Assembly: GCF_037042905.1 (NCBI RefSeq)
Contig: NC_087245.1
Coordinates: forward strand, 1,302,001-1,366,000
DNA length: 64,000 nucleotides
Origin: Lytechinus pictus
Lineage: Eukaryota
Direction of reading: 5' to 3'
Shown: positions 27,201 to 39,200 of the stretch, in pieces
Layout of the letters: each line of letters opens with the position of its first letter
How positions within the stretch are numbered: position 1 is the first letter of the stretch
Made by a program: the position numbers and the translations under genes
The notes under the pieces: model-generated
What the model was told of the DNA's origin: nothing
The model's input: only the letters and a program-made list of their open reading frames with translations
Databases searched by the model: none

Positions 27201-30200
27201 TGCATTTGTGTGAATTTCTTAACTAATTGTGTACATGTCTGTAAATGTGCATGAAAATGTATGTTCATGTTGTTATGTATCAAGTTATGATCTACATGTA
27301 TTAAAGCCCAAATAATGATGTTTTGTTTGAAATTATCAAGGTTTTGGGTGAAATCATGAAAGTAAATTACACGTGTGATTGATGGTGGACCAACATTTAA
27401 AACTTACATGGTTAACTATAGAAAGTGGGTATATGGTTATTAGATGGATAAAAACTGTGATTGTTTAGCCATTTTGCACTCACAATTAACTCATTATTTT
27501 CAGATAGACATGTAAAGTAGCTGTATGGTTATAGTACATGCTTACATGTAATGCTGTAAAGAGTTTGTGAGTGCAACATGTTACCAGCACCACGAAGAGG
27601 ACGCCAATCACAATATCATATCTTCCACAGCAAGTATTCTACAACAAAGAATTGATTGACATAACCATAAAATATCAAGATTTTTTTCTCTTTCATGGAT
27701 TGTTAGAAAGCCTTGAACATGACCTATGATAGGCATGGATCTAGCTTACCAAACAGTCTTTATGAAATTATTTTTTTGTAATTGATTATGACAAGTTTTT
27801 AAAAAGTAGATTTAGACCTACTTATGACTTTTGTTGCATGTTGTGGATGATATGAATGGTGCCATATGGTTCATAAATGAACCCTTTTTTGTTTAAATTT
27901 TATTGAAAATGACAATATAAAATACATAAACAGTAAACAAATGAAATTATGACAATGATTAGGTGTATGAAAGCCCTAGGGGGCTGGTCAAATATATTGC
28001 TGTACACATGCGTGACCAAAAAAACGTGTGCACTCGTTAAGAGTATCAAAAACTCAGATTTTCAAAAAAAGGGGTAGTTTTTAAAAACTGGTCAATCGCA
28101 GGATGAAACGTATTTTAAAATAGAGTATGTTTTTTTCCAAAGCTTTTTTTTAAGACTAGCTAAACGTGTTTAGGGTAGGTTTTTTTCCCAAGCTTTTTCT
28201 CCGGGGTCGTATTCTGGTGACAACTTGTTTAGGGGCCAAAATGTGTAAATAAAGCCCGCGAAAAACTCGTTTAGGGGGTGTTTGGAAATAATTTGGCCAC
28301 GTGTGTGTACAGCAATACATTTGACTGCCCCCCCCCCCCCCCCCCCCGGTATGTAAGCTTAGTCTAAAATGTGATGCACAAGTAATAAGAACACAAGAGA
28401 AAATTATGCAGATACAGTATGGTCTGGAAATGATTAGTGGTGCTCAGCAGAAGGGAATAGAGGCTGGTACAATTGGTCTGCATGTATCATAAACAGTCTC
28501 TCTCTCTCTCTCTAGAGACCAATACTGTTTTTTTAAACGGTATACATAATTTCAATTCTTGTTTTGAGGTATTAGGGAGTCTAGTTATCTTTTCTCTTTA
28601 ACAGTTTTTTATCGAAACTTCTTTGAGGTACATGCAATTTGTACAAGCTGGTACAATTTGCAAACTTTTGCTTACATCAGGGTTGTACATCTAAACAAGA
28701 GTTGTAGTATTTTGAGTCAGTCTCTAACAATTGACGCTTATCAATCATTATACCATACTACAGGCTGTATTTTCATGCATTTACAAACAGTGTGTAGGGT
28801 TGAATAACGAAGTATACACTGTGCCAAGTGAACATAACTTCTCTACATTTTGATGATCTACCACATGGTAAAGGAAATGCCTCTCTTGTAACTCATATAG
28901 CCTGCATGTATTATGAAATTTGTTGAAATACTTTCAATTATTTCATTGCATAATTCTAGCTCTATCCTTTTATTACCATTGGTTGTATATCTCAGAAAAC
29001 AGTAGACTCTTATCTATATTTTATTCATTCAAGGGGTGAGAGTTTTTTTACTTTTAGGTAGGTGGTATCAGATAATAGTTACAAATCTCATATACTTGTA
29101 ATATATACATGGATACACGTACAAACATAAAATGTCAGAATTTGGATTCTGTAATAATAATAAAAACAGAATGTCAAAACATTTTATCAAAAATATGAAA
29201 ATAGACAGTGTCAGGAAAATAATTTACAGCTTGCTTTTTAATGACATTTAGAAAAATAAGCACGTACATGTATGACTTTCATACAAAGCATTATCCAAGG
29301 TAGAGTTATGATTCACGGTAGATACATAGAATTAAAGCCAAAACAATAGCAGATTTGTAATTTTTAAAATCATGCATTCGGTGTAGTATTTTCAGTCAGT
29401 TTGTAACAATTAATGCTTATCAATCATACCATACTACCTGCATAATGATACATTTACAAACAGTGTGTAGGGTTTAAAGAAAAGGTATACACTGTGACAA
29501 ATATACATAACTTCTCTTCACTTCCATGATCTACCACATGGTAAAGGAAATGCCTCTCTTGTAACTCATATAGCCTGCATGTATTATGAAATTTGTTGAA
29601 ATACTTTCAATTATTTCATTGCATAATTCTAGCTCTATTTATCATTTTACTAACATTGGTACATATCTCAGAAAACAGTAGACTCTTATCTACATTTTAT
29701 TCATTCAAGGGGTGAGATTTTTTTTTTTACTTTTGGGTAGGTGGTATCAGATAATAGTTACAAATCTCAATATACTTGTAATATATACATGGATACACGT
29801 ACAAACATGAAATACCAGAATTTGGATTCTGTAATAATGATAATAAAAAGATAATGTCAAAACATTTTATTTTAAAAATATGAAAATAGACAGTGAAATA
29901 TTTACAGCTTGCTTTTTAATGATATTTATAAAAACAAGCACGTACATGTATGACTTTCATACAAAGCACTATCCAAGGTAGACTTATGATTCATGGTAGA
30001 TACATAGAATTAAAGCCAAAACAATAATAGCTGATTTGTAATTTGTAAAATCATCAGCAATTCAGTGTAGTATTTTCAGTCAGTTTCTAACAATTGACGC
30101 TTATCAATCATTATACCATAATACCTGCATTTTGATACATTTACAAACAGTGTGTAGGGTTTAAAGAAAAGGTAAACACTGTGACAAGTATACATAACTT

Positions 30201-33200
30201 CTCTTCACTTCCATGATCTACCACATGGTAAAGATAATGCCTCTCCTTGATAAATTTCTTTCCAATCAAACAAACATTATTGTACTCTTTGTTTTTCTGT
30301 TATCTGATTTACCAATTATTTCACTCTCACTGTATAAAAGTTTGTACTTAGAAACACTTTGTTTTAAACTAGTCTTCTTTACCATACAAGATTATGTATT
30401 ACTTGAAAGTTGTACACAGGATGAAGGGATAGCTACATATACCATCTTATGGTAACTGTAATGGCTTTCTAATGTCCCACTTGACAGTTTGTTTTCCTCA
30501 ATATTTGTAAATACCAAGTCAATTGTTGTACATCCATTTGTTGTGAATTCACAAATAAGTTGTGTACATTTGAATAACTGTGTCATTGCATTCACAAGCT
30601 TTTGTTTGTTTGGAGTAGAAGTAAGCATATTGATATTGAAATCTCCCATGATAACAAGTGGTTCATTTGGGTTAATATAATTACCCAAGTGTTGTAGTGC
30701 TCTGTGAATTTTTCTCCAATTTTCTTTAGGACGACAATACATAGAAACCACTTGCAACTTAGGACTATGAGAAGGAAGCTGAACTACTGTCATTTCAATT
30801 GACTGGAAATTACATGGAACAACTGTACATTGCAAGCCTTTCCTGTGGTATACAGCACTTCCATAGTGTGTACGTTGTGAGCTAAAGTCATTTCTTGACA
30901 TCTTGAAATTATCCATTTCATACTCATATGCTTTATCCATAGAACACAGTTTTGTTTCAACAAATAAATTGATATCGGATACCTGTAAGTTGAAGTTTTT
31001 TTGTATGTCTTTCATATGAAGGTGCAATGACTGGCAGTTGTGGAAAGCTATTTTGACACAATCTTTTGGATAGTCATACAATGGCTTGTAGCAAAGAGTC
31101 ATTGATTTAGACTGTCTCAAACGTTCCATTTCTGTCATCACATCATCTGAAACTTTGATATGAGCCAGGTTTAGAGGACCAATGATATGCAAATTTTGTA
31201 ATGATGGCACTCTACTGAAAGCAACATAATGAAGATGGACAGCCTTTCTGTCAGGTAATTGGACAACTGCTCTATCTAGAGTGCTTCCTTGAGCTCTGTG
31301 TATTGTTTTAGCACATGCTAATTGGAGGGGGAATTGTTTTCTTGATACTTTCACTGCTTTGTATCTCCCAATTGCAAACTCTCTGGCTATTGGTTTAATT
31401 GGTGTCCAGGACTGATGAATCGCATTGTTGGTATGTTTTGGATATTCATGTCTCAGTTTGAGCCCTGTTTCTTCTGTCTCAAAAAGTACCCATACTATTT
31501 CCACATTCCCACTCTTGTCATATTGGAAATATTTTGAAACACATGCTGCTCCATTAACTAATCCATCTGCTGTGTCTATGTTGACAGTTAGTTCAGCTTT
31601 GAGCTCTAAAGCAAGATTGCATGTTTTAGATAGCCCCATTTCTTTGGCTTTGGCACATGACAAAACTTTTTGCTTGACTTCATCTGTGATATCACCAATA
31701 ACTATGTCATGAGATGCCAAGACAGCTTGGTTTGCTACACTACTGTGTAATTGCTTGTTATGTGCATCAACAGCCTCATTGTGATACAACAAATGAGTGA
31801 CATCAACTGGGTAATTCTCATCTTCTTTAGAGATTATTCTACCTTTTAGTAATTTAATGTCTTCTTTGGTTTGCTTGCCTTCTCTCATTCTGTTCAACAA
31901 TGCTGCATAAGCTACATCTTCTTTTTGTCTCATAATGTCTGTTAATTCAAACAGCTCGAAGTTGTTGGTCCATACATTTGGTGCCAGAACTTCTGTACTT
32001 GATGTAGTAGTTGGATTTTTAAAAATCCAAGTGTCCATTACTGGCTGCAATTGGAAAAGATCGCCAATAGCTATAATACTGACACCTCCAAATGGTTTTG
32101 ATACATTCATTACTTCTTGTAATCGTTGGTTTATGAAGCAAAACATCTTTGTTCCAACCATAGATATTTCGTCGATGAATACAAGCTTCAATTCACCAAG
32201 TTGGGTTCTGAGGGTGTTGCGTTTGTCATGTGATAAAGGTTTATAGCTAAAACCTTGGTTAGCAGGAATGCAAAATGCAGAATGGAGGGTTTGACCCCTG
32301 ATCAAATAGGCTGCTTTACCAGTAGGTGCTGTGAGGAGTACCTTAATTACATCTGGATTACTACCAGATTCTGTGTTATAATGCCTCACAAGTGCCTGGT
32401 ATAGTGACTTGATTACTCTTGTTTTTCCAACTCCTGCACCTCCACTCAAGAAGAGGAGTAACTGTTCATCTGAAGTTTTCACTTTGTTTAGTACATGATT
32501 AAAGAATTCAGATTGCTTTTGATTAAGAGAAGAAACAATTTCCCTGAATTTACTATCAGACAATCTATTTCTGATTCTCTCTTCTTGCATGTCTGTTCCA
32601 GTCGATTGTATACCCAATTCAGAAGCAATATCATAGCTAGTGAAGAGATCTTCACCTTCTATAGCATTTCTATCTTTGCCAAACTTATTTGCATTTATCT
32701 CATTAATATGTTCATTGCAAGGAGCTACATTATGAAGGTTTTCTTCATTTGAGTCATTAAGCAGTTTTTGTTCAGCCATATCTAACTCTTCAGCATACTG
32801 GTTGTACTCTTTCTGTTTTTCTTCTATTACTTGTTTTACCATTTGGTATCTTTCTTCATATGTTTGGCAGTTTCCAATGATTTCACTCTCACTGATGTAA
32901 GGGTAAAAGAGCATCAAATTTTCTCTGTAGTAATTTTCTGGATCTTTTTCTTTGTCATATCTCACATAGCGTATCACTTTTTGCTTTTTCCTTCGTTTCA
33001 TAATCACTGTGTTTGAGATTTTCAATTCACCAAGACATGTTTGTTTATTTTGATATAGATCAGAGTCATCAGGTTCATCTTCTTTGTTATCATCACTGTC
33101 TGTTTCAGGCAGTTCTAATTCATGCACTTTTCTCTTCTTCTTGAACTGTACTTTTTTCATATCATACCATGCAATGAAATCTGCTAAGCACATGTCCCGG

Positions 33201-36200
33201 GCCTTCCTTGGCCGTTCTGAGTATCTCTTGATGTTATTGCTGCACTGAATGTCTTCACAATCAGCAGGCAAAGCATCAAGTTGCTCTGAAGGTTTGAGTA
33301 TAAAAGGTCTCTGATCTGGAGGTGAAGTGTTAACAAATGCATGCCCACATGATGAATGCTTTAGTGGCATTTGTAGAGAGAGATATATTGCTTCAGGTGC
33401 ACTAATCTCAACATGTTTAAGAAATTTGTTTCCAATCAAACGAACTTGATCTTTGATATCAGTTGATCCTTTTCTAGCTTCATCACATGTTCGTCTCAAG
33501 AGTTCACTCATGCCTCTTTGGCCTTTAGAAACATAGTTCACAACATACATTGCACAAGCATAAGCATTGGTAATGAATTGTATGTCTGTATTTGCTTGCC
33601 ATGCCTGGAGTACAGCAGGGTTATACGCATTCACACGTACATTGCATGGTTCTCGTTTGAGAAACACCTTTGAAGCTGAAATAGAACTTCTGATTGCAAG
33701 CTCATAATCATCAGGTGAAATGCCAAAATGGTCAAGAAACAGTTGAAGAGTAAGTTGCTGGATTTCAGGTTTGTTTAGTTCAATTTGTATTTCTTTCCAT
33801 TTCTGTTTATGTAACTGCTTTTCTTTGTCTTCCATTTCAACTGGCAGAGGTTGTAAGATCTTTGTAGACTCCATAGGAGGCAATGGGAAATTGAACCTGC
33901 ACACTTTACCCTTTTTTCGACAAGTATGTGTGTGTCTGTGACATTGCAGTTTTTTCAAGTTCTCATTTACACCCAAACTTTGTCCGTCTGTTTCAATGAT
34001 GTTGTCAATGTAATTTTCAATGTCTGAATTTGAATCTATCTCAAATTTAGGGGCCCCATTCACCCACAGAAGACTGTGCAGATGGGCTGATCCTCTATGT
34101 TGGAACTCTATCCTGTAGAAATGTTCTGAAATTTTCCCAAGTGGCTCACATGAACCTTGAAGGAAATTTTGATAGAATTTTTTCACTCTGTGATCAAAAT
34201 ATCTTGTGACAGTGACAGGATCTGATCGAATAAGTCTATTTTTTGTTTCCCAAGTGAAACTTGAAACATCTTCCGCACTATACTGTTTGTTGTCAACAAG
34301 TTTACCCAAAGATATTAAGAGATCAGTCCAATGTGACTCAGCAGAAGACAAAGAAATAAACCATGTTGGTAATCCTAACTGTCTAATCATTGCAAACAAA
34401 TCCTTTTTGGCTGTTTCCCAGTATGGTGGAGATCCTCTTAAAGTTCTGAAAATTCTATATCCTTCATCTAATTTGACCATGGAGTCAACAACATCTTGTT
34501 GTTTGACATCTCCTGCAGTATATGACTTGCCTGATGTTTTAACCCGCCTGAGTGAAAGCCATATCTTATCTTTGATCTGTTTCATTTGGAGTTTCTTGCA
34601 TTTGAAAAAGATGTTTGTTACAGATTTTGCTGCTCTTCGATCAGAATGTCGTAATTCTAATTTGCAGATATCACTGTACTTGAGAGGTATTTCTCTATCT
34701 TTGTTACTTGGCCTTCGTTCCCCACAAAATATAGTTGGAAATGATAATTCCTCAATATCAGCCTGTAATGAACTAATTGGTATATTTCCCTCACTGGGTG
34801 CAAAAGAGAGAATGTTTTGTTGATCATCAACATTTTGTGGATACAACATAGTGTCCAAACTTCCAACAGGTTCTTTTTCATCAATTTCACTCCAATCAGA
34901 GTCACTATCTTTTTCTTTCTCCTCGGTTTGGGAAGCAGAAACATTAACTGCAGTAGGTACTATGTTATCTTCACAAGTGCTCTCTTCGAGAAACTCTTTC
35001 CATTGAGTTTTATGCATTTCTGCAACATGAGTTGGCCAAAATTCATCTAAACCGTCTGTAACATATTGTTTAAACAGAGGTTGTTTCACTAAGTATTTTG
35101 TTGCTTCAAAACACTTCTGTGGTCTGATGTTTTCAAACATGTAATGACTTTTGTACCGAAGACGTTTCTTTAGTTTTACAGGGATGGTATGTGAATCATT
35201 GATAGAGCGAGGCAGTGAATTTACAATTGAAATATTGTTGGCAGGAACATTAACAACATTCCCACGGATTCCAACTTGTCCACCACTTGGCAACTCACGA
35301 AGTTGGAAAAATGTATTTACTGGGGAAACCAGCCTCTCTTCAAGTGGGTTTAGTTGTAGCTCTGTTGGACAATGAGGAAATCCAGTTCTATTAGCTGAAG
35401 AAAGTGGGGGGAGTTTATTCTTTAGCATCCAACTCTGACAAGTGTGGCAAATCCATTCTTTGCCTTCAACACTTAATGTTCCAGTGATGCACTTTGAGTG
35501 AAGAGATTTATCAGTATTCCTAACAACAAATACATCATTAACAGACTGTTTAAACCATAGCTGCTTGCAGCATGTGCATATATACTCACATGCTACTGAT
35601 ACTGCTTCTTTAAAGTGCTCCACAAGTTCATCAATTGTATTGGAGGGAAATCTGTTGCTTTGTTTACGTAAAGCGTCATCTTTAGATTCTTTCTCTCTGT
35701 ATGCTGGATTGCTTCTCCTTTGTTTGTTGATGTTTCTCTCAAATTCTTGGAATGACGGAGCTCTTCTTCTCTTTCTATTGTTTCTTTTTTCAATTTCTTT
35801 ATATTCCGGATCTTGTCGTCTTCTCTTCTTGAGGTTACTCTCAAACTCTTGGAAGGATAGATCTTTTCTTCTTCTTTTGTTTTCTCTTTGTTCATTTTCT
35901 TTGTATTCCGGATCTTGTCGTCTTCTCTTATTGAGGTTACTCTCAAACTCCTGGAAGGACGGATCTCTTCTTCTTGTTTTGTTTTTTCTTTGTTCATTAT
36001 CTTTGTATTCCGGATCTTGTCTTCTACTCTTCTTGAGGTTACTCTCAAACTCTTGGAAGGATGGATCCTTTCTTCTTCTTTTGTTTTTTCTTTGTTCATT
36101 TTCTTTGTATTCCGGATCTTGTCGTCTTCTCTTCTTGAGGTTACTCTCAAACTCTTGGAAGGATAGATCTTTTCTTCTTCTTTTGTTTTTTCTTTGTTCA

Positions 36201-39200
36201 TTTTCTTTGTATTCCGGATCTTGTCGTCTTCTCTTATTGAGGTTACTCTCAAACTCTTGGAAGGATAGATCTTTTCTTCTTCTTTTGTTTTCTCTTTGTT
36301 CATTTTCTCTGTATTCCGGATCTTGTCGTCTTCTCTTATTGAGGTTACTCTCAAACTCTTGGAAGGATGGAGCTTTTCTTCTTCTTTTGTTTTTTCTTTG
36401 TTCATTTTCTTTGTATTCCGGATCTTGTCGTCTTCTCTTCTTGAGGTTACTCTCAAACTCTTGGAAGGTTAGATCTTTTCTTCTTCTTTTGTTTTTTCTT
36501 TGTTCATTTTCTTTGTATTCTGGATCTTGTCGTCTTCTCTTATTGAGGTTACTCTCAAACTCTTGGAATGACTGATCTCTTCTTCTCTTTCTATTGTTTC
36601 TTTTTTCATTTTCTTTGTATTCTGGATCTTGTCTTCTACTCTTTTTGAGGTTTTTCTCAAATTCTTTGAAGGACAAATCTCTTCTCCTCTTTCTGTTTGC
36701 ACTTTGTTCACTTTCCTTATATTGTGGGTCTCTTCTTTTCTCCTTTCTGAGTGTCCTTTCTAATTTTGTATAGGAAGAATTCTGTCTTTGCTTACGCTTG
36801 TATTCCATCATATAGGTCTTTCTTAGGTTTTGAGACAAGTGTGTATTAGCAACATTTTGTCCAATTGACCTTGATAGCTCTTGAAAGTTTGCTTGAGAAA
36901 CAAAGTATGAACTGAGAGTGTCTAATCTTTCAGTTGGGAATGGTATAACTTTGCCTTGCTGTAAGCACAATTTGAGATGTTGTCTGATTTGTGAATTGTC
37001 AAATCTTTGAGTTTGTGGTGGCACATTGAACAGACAGCTAAATGCAGCAGCTATTGCAAAAGCTCCACAAGCTGGTTCAGTTTGTTGGGTTATTGGAATG
37101 TACTCTATATGCACAGCTGTTCCATACAATAGATTGATTTGAGGCATTAAATGCTTAATTCTGTCCTGTGAAGACAATGAATCATACACAGATACTCGAT
37201 TGGTGGAAGGGTCATATGAGGATGTGACCCAATGGTTATCAACATGATGGAAGTTGATACAATGTTTATCTCTAGGAATATCAATAGAAACTCCTTTAGA
37301 AAGAAGAACTTTCATGGCTGCAGGTGTCACTTGTCCAATGTATTGATCTAGTTGTGGACTATGATTTTTCATAATTGATACAGCTTGTTGTATGACATCA
37401 TCAGGGATGTATGCTGCGTATTCATCCACTGAACTCATAGATTCTTTATTTAGATTCGACAAGGATAAGTGTTTTTTGTGAGTATTATTATTACTGATTG
37501 CAGTCAGTTCTTCTTTCCGTTGCTGAGTATTCACACTGCCAATATTACTCTGACCATGAGCACTTGATAAAATGCTATGACTCGGGGTTTTATCATTCTT
37601 GTTCACAGTGGTAGTGCATTTGTGACTTTTGAACTTTTGATAAGTACTAAACCTTAGGTTGCAAGCATGACAGTATGAGCATTTATGCTGAAGAAGTCTT
37701 TTCTGGGTTGAAAAGCTTTTACAGCAGTTAGTACATTTACAACTTCTTAATTCGTCACAGAGATCTTGATCATTAGAAGGTACTTGTTTAATGCACTTAT
37801 GTAAGCTTATTTTTTGCTTGGAAGGAAAAACATTTCCACATTGTTGACATAAACAACATTTGTGTAGTTTCATCTTTTGCTTGGTGGAGAAATCTTGCCC
37901 ACATTGTTTACACAAAGTGCATGTATGACTTCTGAAAGCTTTCAAATACTTGTAAGTTTGAGTGCATTCATTGCATGTGAATATGTTGCCATTGTATATA
38001 TGGCTCCCTCTATTTCCTACAAGAAAATGATCTTCGTGGAATCTTTGTGTCAGTGAGGAAATAATACAAGTGACATTGTTAAAAGAAATATAACAGAACG
38101 CGAACAGCGTCAGGGTAAACATGTAAACAAAATAAGACATCCTTATATATAGTCAAGGTTATAATTGAGTATCAGGAGAATCTAGTTGAGATTACAAATG
38201 AGAAACCTCTGGAAAGTGACTTTGTTCATTTCTCCTTTACAGATGCCTTTCAGTAGTATCCATATACCGCAAGCAAAGTACTGTCGAGTGTAAGATTCTT
38301 TCTGTTTCAGTCAGTGCATTGAAGTGTTGCCCACGCAAAAAAAACTTGGAATACTTTGTATCCTGCAGTCTGAGGTAAAAAAAAGAAAATCATTGACTTT
38401 TAACACTGTACAATGTGTCTGTTCATACAAGGCCAAGGCTAAATATCTACTTTTGAGAGATTTTGAGTAGGTGTAATTCTATACTGATTAGCAATGAATT
38501 GATAAGTAATTCTGTTAAATGCCATTAATTATGATTATCCTCATTAACATCATCTCCATCTTTTTAATCAATTATTTCTTGAGTATTTATGATATAAATT
38601 GATATTATTGGGGTTATCATTCTTTTTTATCACCATTATTACATTATTCATGTATTATTAATTTGTTTGTGTATGAAATGATAATAATTGCTTTTTATTT
38701 AAATAAGCGGTAATTTTAAAACGAAATTCAATCTTTGTCATAAAATGATGTGTCAAAGTGAAAGAAAATAAGAAAAGAGAATAGTGAAAGTTTAGCTTAT
38801 TTTTGGCCGTAATAATAAAATTCATCAAATGTGATTGAAACTGTCTTTTTGTTACCGTCACTGCATTTTTAAACTAAATGTAATTATACTGACAAAGATT
38901 TTGTTAATGATATAAATTTGTTCAATCCTTGGCCCAATAACTTTTGAACATTTTGTATCCTGCAATTGAGAATAGAAGACTGTTCATACTGAAACACTAT
39001 AATGCCTTTATATACACCAAATGGTTATTTGCAGTTTGCATAAAGATATAGACAAATCCTGATGCTTTTGAAGTATATTGTATTTCTAAGAAAAGAATAA
39101 AGTACCAAAATAATGCAAAGTTTGATGTATTCAAATTTCTTACCAAATTGATTTGATTCTACAGAAAATTTTCCCCTTTATTTTGCACATTACACATGTT

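Noticed and set aside
34206..34823. 205-aa plus-strand ORF
   Set aside because: Antisense shadow of the Rep coding region with no independent evidence.
35565..36575. 336-aa plus-strand Leu-rich ORF and 287-aa alternative-frame minus ORF
   Set aside because: By-products of the stop-free 102-bp coding repeat of the Helentron ORF.
35690..36745. Regularly spaced repeats resembling a CRISPR array
   Set aside because: No unique spacers, in-frame coding, eukaryotic context.
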